A program made the translations under genes and the position numbers. Under the pieces are notes generated by a model. That model did not search any database and was not told where the DNA came from. It saw nothing but the letters and a program-made list of their open reading frames with translations. Below are positions 12,867-23,400 of a stretch of 64,000 nucleotides of DNA, in pieces. The stretch's first letter is position 1, and each line of letters opens with the position of its first letter. The stretch covers positions 27,925-91,924 of the forward strand of contig JACRHL010000021.1 in assembly GCA_016212085.1 (NCBI GenBank), in the 5' to 3' direction. This DNA comes from Nitrospirota bacterium (GTDB taxonomy: Bacteria > Nitrospirota > JACRHL01).

Positions 12867-13805
12867 ATGCACCCGTTCCGGCATTTCACGACCCTTCTGG
12901 CCTGCCTGCTGTGCGCGCCCGTGCCCGCCATGGCCGTGCAGGTGAACGAGCAGCTCGCCCTGCACGGCGAGCTGCTGGCCGACGCCCTGGCGGCGGAGGT
13001 GGAGGCGGACACCGGCTTCCACGCCCGCCGCGTCCAGGCCGGGGCCACCTTCCAGGCGGGGCGCGACGACCGGCTGGGCGTCACCGCCGAGCAGGCGGGC
13101 GACGGCGGAGCGGTGACCGTGCGCGGCTTCCACTGGCAGCACAACCTCGCCCCCACCCACGTGCTGCGCGCCGGCATCCAGCCCCAGCCGCTGGTGGACA
13201 AGGACGAGCGCGACCTGTGGGGCGAGCGCCTGGCGGCGCCCGCCTTCGCCGAATACTGGGGGCTGGCCCCGGCGGCGGACGCGGGGGTGGGCGTGTTCGG
13301 CCAGGCGGGCGGCGCCGTCGACTACCACCTGCTGGTCTCCAACGGCGAGGGCTACGGCAACCCGGCCGACGGCAAGGGCGTCGCCCTGTCGGCGCGGGTG
13401 GGGCTGTTCGACGGCCCCTGGGAGCTGGGCGGCGCCGTTTACGACGAGGGCGACCACGGCGGCGTGGCGGGCGACAACCCGCGCCGGGAGATCGTCTACT
13501 TCTTCCACCACGGCGCCGGCGCCACCCTGGGCGGCCAGTACCTGCGCGCCGACGGCGGCACCGGCTTTACCGACGCCGAGGGCTACAACGTGCAGGGCCG
13601 CCTGAGCCTGGGCGGCGAGGGCGAGCTGTTCGGGCGCTACGACCGGGTGGAGACCGGCGCCACCGGCGTGCGCCAGAGCCTGACGGTGATCGGCTTCACC
13701 GGCCACCCGGCCCCCGGCGTCACCCTGGCCCCCACGGTCACCCTGCGCGACCACGGCCCCTACGACGACACCACCTACGGCATCCACGCCCGCTTCGCAT
13801 TCTGA
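12867..13805 (+). CDS. Outer-membrane beta-barrel, probable phosphate-selective porin
   Basis: Signal peptide, SNGEGY motif, C-terminal Phe; first gene of the pst operon. Confidence 0.7.
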   Translation: MHPFRHFTTLLACLLCAPVPAMAVQVNEQLALHGELLADALAAEVEADTGFHARRVQAGATFQAGRDDRLGVTAEQAGDGGAVTVRGFHWQHNLAPTHVLRAGIQPQPLVDKDERDLWGERLAAPAFAEYWGLAPAADAGVGVFGQAGGAVDYHLLVSNGEGYGNPADGKGVALSARVGLFDGPWELGGAVYDEGDHGGVAGDNPRREIVYFFHHGAGATLGGQYLRADGGTGFTDAEGYNVQGRLSLGGEGELFGRYDRVETGATGVRQSLTVIGFTGHPAPGVTLAPTVTLRDHGPYDDTTYGIHARFAF

Positions 13806-13831
13806 CGAGAAACCCACAGGAGAGCCACGCC

Positions 13832-14872
13832 ATGACCCGCACACTCGCTTCCCTGGCCGCCGCCCTGCTCTTGTGCGCCGGCACCGCCCAGGCCGGTTCC
13901 ACCATCACCGGCGCCGGGGCCACCTTTCCGTACCCCATCTACGCCAAGTGGGCCCACGCCTACAACGCCCAGACCGGCGTGAAGCTCAACTACCAGTCCA
14001 TCGGCTCCGGCGGCGGCGTCAAGCAGATCAAGGCGGGCACCGTGGACTTTGGCGCCTCCGACGCCCCCCTCTCCGCCGCCGAGCTCAAGGAGGCCGGGCT
14101 GGTGCAGTTCCCCATGGTCATGGGCGGCGTGGTGCCGGTGGTGAACCTGGGCGGCGTCGGCCCCGGCCGTCTCAAGCTGGATGCCGCCACCCTGGCCGGC
14201 ATCTTCCAGGGCACCATCACCCGCTGGAACGACCCGGCCATCGCCGCCCTGAACCCCGGCCTGCCCCTCGCCGGCGCCATCACCGTGGTGCATCGGGCCG
14301 ACGGCTCCGGCACCACCTGGATCTTCACCAACTACCTCACCAAGGTCAGCCAGCGCTGGGCCGGCGCCGTGGGCACCGGCAAGAGCGTGTCGTGGCCGGT
14401 GGGCGTGGGCGGCAAGGGCAACGAGGGGGTGGCGGCGTTCGTCACCAAGCTGAGCGGCGCCATCGGCTACGTGGAGTATGCCTACGCCCTGCAGAACAAG
14501 ATGACCACCGTGCAGCTCAAGAACCGCGGCGGCAACTTCGTGGCGCCCACGGCCAGCGCCTTCCAGGCCGCCGCCGCCGGGGCCGACTGGGCCCACGCCG
14601 GGGGCTTCAGCGTGGTGCTCACCGACCAGCCGGGGGCGCAGGCCTGGCCCATCACCGGGGCCTCGTTCATCCTCATGCACGCCAAGCAGCGCCGCCCGGA
14701 ACAGGGCGTCCAGGTGCTCAAGTTCCTGGACTGGGCGTACCGGAACGGCGGCGCGCCCGCCATGGCGCTGGACTATGTGCCCATGCCCGCCGCCGTGGCC
14801 GACCTGGTGCGCGCCACCTGGACCGCCGCCATCAAGACCCAGGACGGCGCCCCCCTGTGGCCCGCCCGCTGA
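13832..14872 (+). CDS. pstS: Phosphate ABC transporter binding protein
   Basis: GAGATFPYP, NYQSIGSGGG, DFGASDAPL, HRADGSGTT. Confidence 0.97.
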   Translation: MTRTLASLAAALLLCAGTAQAGSTITGAGATFPYPIYAKWAHAYNAQTGVKLNYQSIGSGGGVKQIKAGTVDFGASDAPLSAAELKEAGLVQFPMVMGGVVPVVNLGGVGPGRLKLDAATLAGIFQGTITRWNDPAIAALNPGLPLAGAITVVHRADGSGTTWIFTNYLTKVSQRWAGAVGTGKSVSWPVGVGGKGNEGVAAFVTKLSGAIGYVEYAYALQNKMTTVQLKNRGGNFVAPTASAFQAAAAGADWAHAGGFSVVLTDQPGAQAWPITGASFILMHAKQRRPEQGVQVLKFLDWAYRNGGAPAMALDYVPMPAAVADLVRATWTAAIKTQDGAPLWPAR

Positions 14873-14877
14873 CCGCC

Positions 14878-15879
14878 GTGGACGCCCCGGAGACCGCCGT
14901 GGCCGAAGCCGCGAGCCCCGCCGCCATGCCCGCTCCGCCGGCGGCGCCCAGGGTGCGCGCGGGCCTGATGGCGCGCTTTGGCGACCGGGCGTACCGGGGC
15001 TTCACCGCCACCTTCGCCCTGGGCATCCTGCTGCTGCTGGGCAGCATGTTCCTGATGCTGTGGCGCGAGTCGGGCCCCGCCCTGGACGCCTTCGGCTGGG
15101 GTTTTCTGACCAGCGCCGGATGGAACCCGGTGACCGAGGAGTTCGGGGCGCTGGTGGCGGTCAGCGGCACCCTGGTGTCCACGGTCATCGCCCTGCTGGT
15201 GGCGGTTCCCATCAGCCTGGGGATCGCCCTGTTCCTGGCCGAGATATCCCCCCGCCGGCTGCGCACGCCGCTGGGGGTGGCCATCGAGCTGCTGGCCGCC
15301 ATCCCGTCCATCGTCTACGGCATGTGGGGGCTGTTCGTGCTGGCGCCGCTGATGAGCGACCACGTGCAGCCGGCGCTGCAAACCGTGTTCGGCTTCCTGC
15401 CCCTGTTCTCCGGGCCGCCCATGGGCATCGGCATGCTCACCGCCGGGCTGGTGCTGGCGCTGATGATCGTGCCGTTCATCGCCTCGGTCACCCGCGACGT
15501 CTTTTTGATGGTGCCCACCACCCTCAAGGAGTCGGCCTACGGCCTGGGCTGCACCACCTGGGAGGTGGTGCGCGACGTGATGATCCCCTATGGCCGCAAG
15601 GGCATCTTTGGCGCCGTGTTCCTGGGCCTGGGGCGCGCCCTGGGCGAGACCATGGCGGTCACCTTCGTGATCGGCAACGCCCACCGCCTGTCGTCCTCCC
15701 TGTTCGCGCCGGGCAACTCCATCGCCAGCACCCTGGCCAACGAGTTCACCGAGGCGGACGGCGACGTGTACCTGGCGGCGCTCATCGAGCTGGGCTTGAT
15801 CCTGTTCGCCATCACCTTCGTCATCATCGGCCTGGCGCAGCTCTGGATGCGGCGCATGGCGGGGCCGGGAAAGGCATGA
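14878..15879 (+). CDS. pstC: Phosphate ABC transporter permease (start approximate)
   Basis: ELLAAIPSIVYGMWG, LGRALGETMAV. Confidence 0.95.
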   Translation: MDAPETAVAEAASPAAMPAPPAAPRVRAGLMARFGDRAYRGFTATFALGILLLLGSMFLMLWRESGPALDAFGWGFLTSAGWNPVTEEFGALVAVSGTLVSTVIALLVAVPISLGIALFLAEISPRRLRTPLGVAIELLAAIPSIVYGMWGLFVLAPLMSDHVQPALQTVFGFLPLFSGPPMGIGMLTAGLVLALMIVPFIASVTRDVFLMVPTTLKESAYGLGCTTWEVVRDVMIPYGRKGIFGAVFLGLGRALGETMAVTFVIGNAHRLSSSLFAPGNSIASTLANEFTEADGDVYLAALIELGLILFAITFVIIGLAQLWMRRMAGPGKA

Positions 15880-16733
15880 CCATGCGCGACACGCCCGACA
15901 CCCGCCACCGCCGCGCCGTCAACCGGGCGGTGCTGGTGGTTTCCAGCCTGGCCGCCCTGTTCGGCCTGGTGATGCTCATCTGGATCCTGTCCGACGTGGC
16001 CATCAAGGGCATGGCGGCCATCAACTGGGATTTCTTCACCCAGTTGCCCGCGCCGCCGGGCGAGGCGGGCGGTGGCCTGGCCAACGCCATCCTCGGCACC
16101 GTGCTGCTGACCCTGCTGGCGGCCCTCATCGCCGTGCCGTTCGGGGTGATGGCGGGCACATACCTGTCCGAGTTCGGCAAGGACACCCGGCTTGGCGCCA
16201 CCACCCGCTACGTGGCCGACATCCTGGTGAGCGCGCCGTCCATCGTCGTCGGCGTGTTCGTCTACCTGGTGCTGGTGCGGCCGTTCGGCAACTTTTCCGG
16301 GCTGTCCGGCAGCGTGGCGCTGGCCATCATCATGATCCCGGTGGTCACCCGCACCACCGAGGAGATGCTGCGGCTGGTGCCCAAGGAGGTGCGCGAGGCC
16401 GCCCTGGCCCTGGGCGCCCCCTACTGGCGCATGATGTTCGGCGTGATCTACCGCGCCGCCGCCGCGGGCATGATGACCGGCATCATGCTGGCCGTGGCCC
16501 GCGTGTCCGGCGAAACGGCGCCGCTCTTGTTCACGGCCTTGAACAGCCCCTACTGGATGGAGTCGCTGAACGAGCCCGTCGCCAACCTCACCGTGACCCT
16601 GTTCAACTACGCCATGAGCCCCTATGACGACTGGCAGGCCATGGCCTGGGGCGCGGCCTTCGTGATCACCGCCGCGATCCTGGCCCTGACCGTCATCAGC
16701 CGCCTGCTCCTCATGAAACGGAAACCGTCATGA
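15876..16733 (+). CDS. pstA: Phosphate ABC transporter permease
   Basis: [29 protein letters not shown]; ATGA overlap. Confidence 0.95.
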   Translation: MTMRDTPDTRHRRAVNRAVLVVSSLAALFGLVMLIWILSDVAIKGMAAINWDFFTQLPAPPGEAGGGLANAILGTVLLTLLAALIAVPFGVMAGTYLSEFGKDTRLGATTRYVADILVSAPSIVVGVFVYLVLVRPFGNFSGLSGSVALAIIMIPVVTRTTEEMLRLVPKEVREAALALGAPYWRMMFGVIYRAAAAGMMTGIMLAVARVSGETAPLLFTALNSPYWMESLNEPVANLTVTLFNYAMSPYDDWQAMAWGAAFVITAAILALTVISRLLLMKRKPS

Positions 16734-17581
16734 CCCCCATGCACCGCGCCAACCTCAGCCCCGCCGACATCCCGCTGGAGAAGCCGCCCCTGGAGCCCAC
16801 CAAGGCCCCCGGCCGCCGCAAGGTGAAGGACGCCAAGATCAGCGTGCGCGGCCTCAACTTTTTCTACGACGGCAAGCAGGCCCTGTTCGACAACACCCTC
16901 GACATCGCCGGGGGCGAGGTGACCGCCTTCATCGGCCCGTCCGGCTGCGGCAAGAGCACCCACATCCGCTGCTACAACCGCATGTACGACCTGTACAAGG
17001 GGCAGCGCGCCGAGGGCGAGCTGCTCATGGACGGCGTCAACATCATCGGCGCCGGCGTGTCGTCGCTGGACCTGCGCCACCGGGTGGGGATGATCTTCCA
17101 GAAGCCCACCCCCTTCCCCATGACCGTGTTCGACAACGTGGCCTACGGCCTGCGCCTGCGCGGCCGCATGCCCAAGAGCGAGCTGGAGGGCCGGGTGGAG
17201 GAGGCCCTCAAGGGCGCCGCCCTGTGGGACGAGGTGAAGGACTCCCTGCACCACCAGGGGACGAACCTCTCCGGCGGCCAGCAGCAGCGCCTGTGCATCG
17301 CCCGCGCCGTGGCCGTGGAGCCCGAGGTGATCCTGATGGACGAGCCGTGCTCGGCCCTGGACCCCATCGCCACCGGCAAGATCGAGGAGCTGATCGACGG
17401 CTTCCGCGGGCGCTTCACCATCATCATCGTCACCCACAACATGCAGCAGGCGGCGCGGGTGTCGGACTATACGGCGTTCTTCTACATGGGTAAGCTGGTG
17501 GAGTTCGGCGACACGGAGACCCTCTTCACCATGCCCCGCAACCAGCAAACAGAGGACTACATCACCGGCCGCTTCGGCTAG
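16730..17581 (+). CDS. pstB: Phosphate ABC transporter ATPase
   Basis: [39 protein letters not shown]. Confidence 0.97.
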   Translation: MTPMHRANLSPADIPLEKPPLEPTKAPGRRKVKDAKISVRGLNFFYDGKQALFDNTLDIAGGEVTAFIGPSGCGKSTHIRCYNRMYDLYKGQRAEGELLMDGVNIIGAGVSSLDLRHRVGMIFQKPTPFPMTVFDNVAYGLRLRGRMPKSELEGRVEEALKGAALWDEVKDSLHHQGTNLSGGQQQRLCIARAVAVEPEVILMDEPCSALDPIATGKIEELIDGFRGRFTIIIVTHNMQQAARVSDYTAFFYMGKLVEFGDTETLFTMPRNQQTEDYITGRFG

Positions 17582-17592
17582 GAAACACCGCC

Positions 17593-18294
17593 ATGCCCAC
17601 CGCACACACCGTAAAGCGCTTCGACGACGAACTGAACGGGCTCAAGAGCCAGGTCCTGGCCCTGGGCGGCCTGGTGGAGAAGGCCATCGCCAACTCCATG
17701 AAGGCCCTGCTCACCCGCGACATGGAACTGGCCCGCCTCACCATCAACCGCGACCGCGCCATCAACGCCCTGGAGGTGCAGTGCGACGAGCTGACCCGGC
17801 GCATCCTGGTGCTGCGCCAGCCCGCCGCCGGCGACCTGCGCTTCATCATCAGCGCCATCAAGGTGGTGACGGACCTGGAGCGCATGGGCGACCTGGCGGC
17901 CCACATCTGCAAGAACGCCATCAAGCTGGAGGAGATGCCCATCCGCCCCAAGGCCGGCCTGTTGGGCATGAGCGAACTGGTGCAGCAGCAGGTGTCGCGC
18001 GCCCTGGACGCCATGGCGCGGGGTGACATCGACCTGGCCATGGAGGTGCTGGCGAAGGACGCGGCCATCGACGAGCTGTACCACGGCACCTACCGCGAGA
18101 TCCTCACCTACATGCTCGAAAGCCCGTCGCAGATCAGCCCCTACATCATGCTCAGCAACGTGGCCAAGAACCTGGAGCGCATCGGCGACCACGCCACCAA
18201 CATCTGCGAGATGGTGATCTACATGATCCGCGGCCACGACATCCGCCACGTGGACCACGAGGCCGCCGCCGCCCTGCTGCGCGGCGAGGAGTAG
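17593..18294 (+). CDS. phoU: Phosphate signalling protein
   Basis: QPAAGDLR, DLERMGD, LERIGDHATNICE. Confidence 0.97.
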   Translation: MPTAHTVKRFDDELNGLKSQVLALGGLVEKAIANSMKALLTRDMELARLTINRDRAINALEVQCDELTRRILVLRQPAAGDLRFIISAIKVVTDLERMGDLAAHICKNAIKLEEMPIRPKAGLLGMSELVQQQVSRALDAMARGDIDLAMEVLAKDAAIDELYHGTYREILTYMLESPSQISPYIMLSNVAKNLERIGDHATNICEMVIYMIRGHDIRHVDHEAAAALLRGEE

Positions 18295-18411
18295 CCGCCG
18301 GCGCCGGGACACGGCGCCCCCCAAGGCCCGTGCCGGTGTGTCCGGAACGGGCCTTCGCTGTTCATGCCCGGCGCCGGGCGGTGAACGCCGGACCGGCGCC
18401 GGATGCCGGGG

Positions 18412-18909
18412 TCAGGCGGCCTTGCGCCGCGGCTCCGGCACGGCCTTCAGGGGGCGATTCCGGCCGAACCAGCGTTCGGCGATCCAGCCGTCCACCGACC
18501 AGCGGCCGCCGCCCTCGATGGTCAGCGCCGCGCAGATGGCCAGGGCCAACAAGTGGTATTCGAACCCCTCGCCCGCCTGGTTGCCGAACCAGTTCATGAA
18601 CAGGCCGTTGGGCCAGTGCACAAGGGCCACCGCCCCCAGCATGATGACGCCGATGGACACGGCGCAGAAGCGGGTGAGGAGGCCGGCGATCAGCGCCAGC
18701 CCGCCGAAGAACTCGCCCACGATCACCAGAACGGTGATCGGCGGGGCCACCCCCAGCATGTCGGAAAACGACCCGATGGTGCCCGCATAGCCGGGCCCGC
18801 CATACCAGCCGAGCAGCTTCTGGGCCCCGTGGGCGAACATCACCACGCCGATCAACAGCCGAAGCACCGGGCCGGCGTAGGAATCCCCGGTGGCGAAAAG
18901 ACGTTTCAT
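18412..18909 (-). CDS. DoxX-family membrane protein
   Basis: HGAQKLLGWYGG, EFFGG, GEGFEYHLL. Confidence 0.92.
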   Translation of the reverse strand: MKRLFATGDSYAGPVLRLLIGVVMFAHGAQKLLGWYGGPGYAGTIGSFSDMLGVAPPITVLVIVGEFFGGLALIAGLLTRFCAVSIGVIMLGAVALVHWPNGLFMNWFGNQAGEGFEYHLLALAICAALTIEGGGRWSVDGWIAERWFGRNRPLKAVPEPRRKAA

Positions 18910-19115
18910 AGTCAACCTCCCCGGACGGAGGGGCGGTGCCGGGCGGGCGCCGCGCCCCGTCCTGAACATGCGCGTCCCGGTCACCGGCCTGCCGGGCGCG
19001 GGACGCGCGCGATCACACTGCGTGGGGACCGACCCCCATACCCCAATGATTGCCCCACCCGGCCCCATCCGCCAGTTTTTGCAGGGATTTTTTTTGCGGA
19101 CCGGGGCGGCGGCGC

Positions 19116-19668
19116 CTATGCGGCGCCGTCATCCACCCGGCCCAGGAACCGGAGCGCCACGCCCCTGGCATCGGCGCGCACCACGAGGGCGCGCAGGGTG
19201 GGCACGTCGGCCCCGTCGCCGGTCCTGGCCACCCGCAGGGTGACCTCGGTGCCCGCCTGGGGCGGCGGGTCGAACCCGGCGGACAGGTACACGCCGCCGT
19301 CGCTCACGTTGTGGGTGATGCCGTGGTACACGCCGTTGCCGGGCCAGGGCCTGTTAGCACAAATGGCAAGCGCGGCGTTGTGCCCCGAACGGCACCAGGC
19401 AAGGCGCGCGGAAGCGTGGTTTAGCTTAAGCTAAATGAGCGACGTGCAACGCAGCATGGGGCCGTTCGGGGCACAACCCGAAGGGACGGGCCCATTTTTT
19501 CGCAACCCAGCGTTGCAGCGCTTGCCCGTACGGCCGGTACGGCCCGTGCGCCGCGCCTCGGTTTGCAAAAAAATGGGTTCCGTCGCCGCCCTTGCCATTT
19601 GTGCTAACAGGCCCTAGCACCACCGGCAGTTCCACGTCGATGCGTTCGGCGTCGCGCTTGTCGCTCAT
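19116..19668 (-). pseudogene. Single-domain PilZ gene interrupted by a MITE
   Basis: Removing 19347-19614 joins MSDKRDAERIDVELPVVL to WPGNGVYHGITHNVSDGG, giving 94 aa with RxxxR and NxSxxG. Confidence 0.88.
19347..19614. mobile_element. MITE family B (268 bp)
   Basis: Perfect 24-bp TIRs gggcctgttagcacaaatggcaag; lower GC; no transposase. Confidence 0.9.
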
Positions 19669-19782
19669 CCGCTCCCCCCCTGCCACGGTTCGCGCCGCAT
19701 GTCGAGCCGAGTGTAGCCCGCCGGCCGGGAAAAGGGAAAACCGGGTATGCTGGGGGCGTTTCACCCGGAACAGGGAGCCGCC

Positions 19783-20913
19783 ATGCGCCGCGCCGCATCC
19801 ATCGCCATCCTGCTGCTGATGCTGTCCGCCCCAGCCGCCGCCGAGCGGGCGCGGGAGCTGGGCATCCCCTTCGCCGGCACCCCCGGCCCCCTGAACGCCA
19901 TCACCGACGTGCCCGGCGTGCGCGTGGGCCACGCGACCCTGATCCACGGCCAGGGCGGGGACGCCGCCCGCACCGGCGTGACCGCCATCCTCCCCCTGGG
20001 GCCCGACAGCGACACCCCGGTGCCCGCCGCCGGCGCCGTGCTCAACGGCAATGGCGACATGACCGGCACCCAGTGGCTGGCCGAGTCGGGCTTTCTGGAG
20101 GGGCCGGTGGTGCTCACCAACACCCACTCCGTGGGGGTGGCGCGCGACGCGGTGGTGGCCTGGGGGCAGCGGCACTTTCCCGGCACCGGCGCCTACTCCC
20201 TGCCGGTGGTGGCCGAGACGTGGGACGGCTACCTGAACGCCATCAACGCCTTCCATGTGCGCCCGGAACACGTGTGGCAAGCCCTCGACAGCGCATCCGG
20301 CGGCCCGCCGGCCGAGGGCTCCGTGGGCGGCGGCACGGGCATGATGGCCTACCGCTTCAAGGCGGGCATCGGCACCAGCAGCCGCCTGGTGGCGGGCCCC
20401 GGCTGCCCCTGCACGGTGGGGGTGCTGGTGCAGGCCAACTACGGCCAGCGCGACCAGCTCGTCATCGCCGGGGTGGCGGTGGGGCGCGAGATCCCGGACC
20501 TCATGCCCACCCGGGGCCAGGAAGCGCAAACAGACCGGCGCGACGGCTCCATCGTGGCGGTGATCGCCACCGACGCCCCGCTGCTGCCCCACCAGCTCGG
20601 CCGCCTGGCCCGGCGCGTGCCCATCGCCATCGGCCGCCTGGGGGGCATCGGCGCCAATTCGTCCGGCGACCTGTTCGTGGCCTTCTCCACCCGCGTGCCC
20701 CAGGCCTGGGCCGGCGGCACCCAGGCCTGGAGCACCCTGCCCAACGACGCCCTGGACCCGCTGTTTTCCGCCGTGGCCGACGCCACCGAGGAGGCCATCG
20801 TCAACGCCCTGGTGGCGGCGGACGACATGACCGGGGTGGACGGCAACACGGTGTACGCCCTGCCCGAGCGGCGCCTGCTGGCGGCGCTGCGCAAGTGGGG
20901 GCGGGTGCGGTGA
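19783..20913 (+). CDS. DmpA-family (P1/S58) aminopeptidase
   Basis: NAITDVPGVRVGH, LTNTHSVG, PVVAETWDG, NSSGD autoprocessing region, EEAIVNAL. Confidence 0.93.
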   Translation: MRRAASIAILLLMLSAPAAAERARELGIPFAGTPGPLNAITDVPGVRVGHATLIHGQGGDAARTGVTAILPLGPDSDTPVPAAGAVLNGNGDMTGTQWLAESGFLEGPVVLTNTHSVGVARDAVVAWGQRHFPGTGAYSLPVVAETWDGYLNAINAFHVRPEHVWQALDSASGGPPAEGSVGGGTGMMAYRFKAGIGTSSRLVAGPGCPCTVGVLVQANYGQRDQLVIAGVAVGREIPDLMPTRGQEAQTDRRDGSIVAVIATDAPLLPHQLGRLARRVPIAIGRLGGIGANSSGDLFVAFSTRVPQAWAGGTQAWSTLPNDALDPLFSAVADATEEAIVNALVAADDMTGVDGNTVYALPERRLLAALRKWGRVR

Positions 20914-21002
20914 GCACGGCCCTAATGGGCACCCGCCGATCCGCCGATACGATAGCCGTCAACGCTGTCAAACGGGACCCCTGTTCGGGAAGGGTCGTGA
21001 CC

Positions 21003-21362
21003 ATGTCGAAACGGGACAACAACTCGGTCCGCCTGCACCGGCGCGTGCCGATCAACGCCATCTGCCTGCTGCGCGTGCCGGATCACGACGCGGTGAACGA
21101 GCCGGTGGTGAACATCAGCATGAGCGGCATGTTGATGCGCTCGCGCCTGGTGCTGAAGGCGGGCACCCGCTGCGAGGCGGTGGTGGCCTTCAACGAGCTG
21201 GGCACCTACCACACGGAGCGCCTGCACGCCCGGGTGGTGCGCGCCGACGGTTATTTTACCGCGCTGCAATTCGTGAACCTGCTTCCGGACCAGCGCGCCT
21301 ACCTGAGGGCCGTGCTGGACGCCCACCCCATCGACATGGACCTCACGCCGGCCGCGTCCTGA
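21003..21362 (+). CDS. Single-domain PilZ protein
   Basis: RLHRRVP and NISMSG. Confidence 0.85.
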   Translation: MSKRDNNSVRLHRRVPINAICLLRVPDHDAVNEPVVNISMSGMLMRSRLVLKAGTRCEAVVAFNELGTYHTERLHARVVRADGYFTALQFVNLLPDQRAYLRAVLDAHPIDMDLTPAAS

Positions 21363-21811
21363 CGGCCCGGCCCCCCGGCCCGCGCGCACCCGCGGATCAT
21401 CCCGCACGTCCTCCGGCAGCCGGTTCCACGGCACGCAGCGCGGCGCGCCCTCCAGGGCATGGACCCGGTTCAGGCTCACGAGGATGCGGTATACCTCCAC
21501 GGGCCCCAGCTCGCGCACCGGCTCCACGCCTCCACCAGCCAGCGGGCGCTGGCGGGGCCGATGTGGGGCCCGTTTTCGGGGGCAGCCGTCCATGGGCCCA
21601 CGGTGCCGCAAGGGGGCGGCAGGGGGGCAAACCCGTCCCCGTTCAGGAATGTGCCGCGCGCCGTGCCGGGCGCCCATTTTTGGCCCGCCGTCCCCAGGCA
21701 TCTTTTTTCTCAAGCCCCCCACGGCAGATACCGACAAAATTGGGGTACGGGCCCCGCCAGGGAGGGCGGCGCCGAATCGTCCGCGCCACGGCGCGGGAAG
21801 GAGGCTAGCGG

Positions 21812-22138
21812 ATGGACAATCGGATACACCGGCGCATCACCATCAAGGCGGCGGTCGCGCTGACCGTGGAGGGCGGACGCCCCATCCACGGCTGGATCAA
21901 GAACATCAGCATCAGCGGCCTGCACGTCCGCACCGACGAGTTCCTGCCCCTGGGGACGCGCTGCAAGGTGACCCTGGTGGTGCGCGAGGGCGACGCGCGC
22001 CGCCGCCTGACCCTGGACGGCACGGTCAAGCGCCGCGACGCCGAGGGCATGGGCGTCCAGTTCAGCCCCCTGTCCGACGACATGAAGCGCGACCTGAGCC
22101 TGGTGCTGCTGGAGACCCACGGCATCCCCCAGCCCTGA
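21812..22138 (+). CDS. Single-domain PilZ protein
   Basis: RIHRR, NISISG, GMGVQF. Confidence 0.9.
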   Translation: MDNRIHRRITIKAAVALTVEGGRPIHGWIKNISISGLHVRTDEFLPLGTRCKVTLVVREGDARRRLTLDGTVKRRDAEGMGVQFSPLSDDMKRDLSLVLLETHGIPQP

Positions 22139-22224
22139 CCGGCCCCCCCGCGCCAACCCGCGCGCCGGCATCGGGCCGCCCCGGCCCCCGTTCCCACGAC
22201 ATCCCCTCCACACCGCCGCCATTC

Positions 22225-22240
22225 TGGCCCGGGTCTTGCA
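22225..22240 (+). promoter_or_regulatory. Putative sigma-54 promoter
   Basis: TGGCCCG-N4-TTGCA. Confidence 0.55.
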
Positions 22241-22416
22241 AACTTTTCCGGCTGAGTTCCCACGCGGCACCGCCGGACCAACATCCAGGGCGGGCGCCCC
22301 CATCCACCGGATGGGAAAGTGGGAACCGCGCCGGAGTTTTACGGAAAACACTTTCCGTCTCCGGCCCCCGCGCCCATGCCGGTCGCGGGGAACCCCAGTG
22401 GGATGGAGGGCCGCCT

Positions 22417-22860
22417 GTGACGCGAGTGTTCGCCGCGATGCTGACCCTGGTCTGCCTGTCCCTGGGCGGCCTGTGCGCCCACGCCGCCGAGCTGCCGCGC
22501 CCGGCGGGCTTCAACAGCGGCATCGTGGGTGATGCGTCCACCACCTCGGTGCGCCGCATCCTCCGCGAGAAGGGCCTGGCGCTGCTGGGCTTCCTGAGCC
22601 AGCACGTGGACGACCGCCTCACCGAGCAGCGCGCCCGCGCCGTGTTCCTGAGCGGCCCCGCCGCCCATGCGGGCGAGCTCCGCCCCGACCACGACCCCTC
22701 CCGCGTCGACCTGCCGTCGTTCCGCGAAGGCCTGCTGAGCATGGACGCGGCGTTCGCCCTGGGCGGCACCACGGTGGGCCCGGACCACCACGGCCCCCTG
22801 CGCGCCGCCGTTTCCGCCGGCCCGGGCCGGGTACGGCTGATGCTGCGCATGGACTGGTAG
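22417..22860 (+). CDS. Hypothetical secreted protein
   Basis: GGAGG RBS, GTG start, signal peptide (AHA-A), ends in Trp. Confidence 0.65.
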   Translation: MTRVFAAMLTLVCLSLGGLCAHAAELPRPAGFNSGIVGDASTTSVRRILREKGLALLGFLSQHVDDRLTEQRARAVFLSGPAAHAGELRPDHDPSRVDLPSFREGLLSMDAAFALGGTTVGPDHHGPLRAAVSAGPGRVRLMLRMDW

Positions 22861-22915
22861 GCGGGCGCCTACCCGTGTAAAAACCGCCCGATTTCCGGCA
22901 TCGCCGGGATAGTTT

Positions 22916-23245
22916 TTACCGCTTTTCCCCCTCGCACACCACCGCCACCGAGTACGACACCAGCGGCGTGCCGTCCGCCCGCGCGCCGGTCACGTGGGCG
23001 TACAGGTCCACCACCTCGGCCACCACGCAGCGCGCGGCGATGAGTTGCCGCGCGCGGTTCAGGCGCGTCTGCCGGTCGGCCATGGCCGGGTCGCCACTCA
23101 TGTGGACAAAATAATCGTACTTTCCATCGGTGGGCCCCACCACCACCACCGACTGGGGCGTGGGCGGCCCCAGGGTGGGGCGCATGCCGGCGCAGGCGGC
23201 GGCCAGGGCGGCGGTCAGCAGGATCGGCAACAGGTGGCGTGGCAC
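22916..23245 (-). CDS. Hypothetical lipoprotein
   Basis: Lipobox-like LAAAC after a hydrophobic stretch. Confidence 0.65.
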   Translation of the reverse strand: MPRHLLPILLTAALAAACAGMRPTLGPPTPQSVVVVGPTDGKYDYFVHMSGDPAMADRQTRLNRARQLIAARCVVAEVVDLYAHVTGARADGTPLVSYSVAVVCEGEKR

Positions 23246-23400
23246 GGCAGGAACTCCCTCTCCCGGAGCGCGGGGACGGGCCCCGTTCGCCTCGATCTTA
23301 ACAGAATGTCGAACAACCCCGTTTGTCGGCCGCCCGCCGGCCCGACCGAAGCGCCCGAGGGGGGCATGATTCCCGCCGCCGGACACGCTATGCTGGGGGC

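Noticed and set aside
21397-21630. Small minus-strand ORF between PilZ genes
   Set aside because: No clear start, stop or motif support in the overlapping candidate frames.
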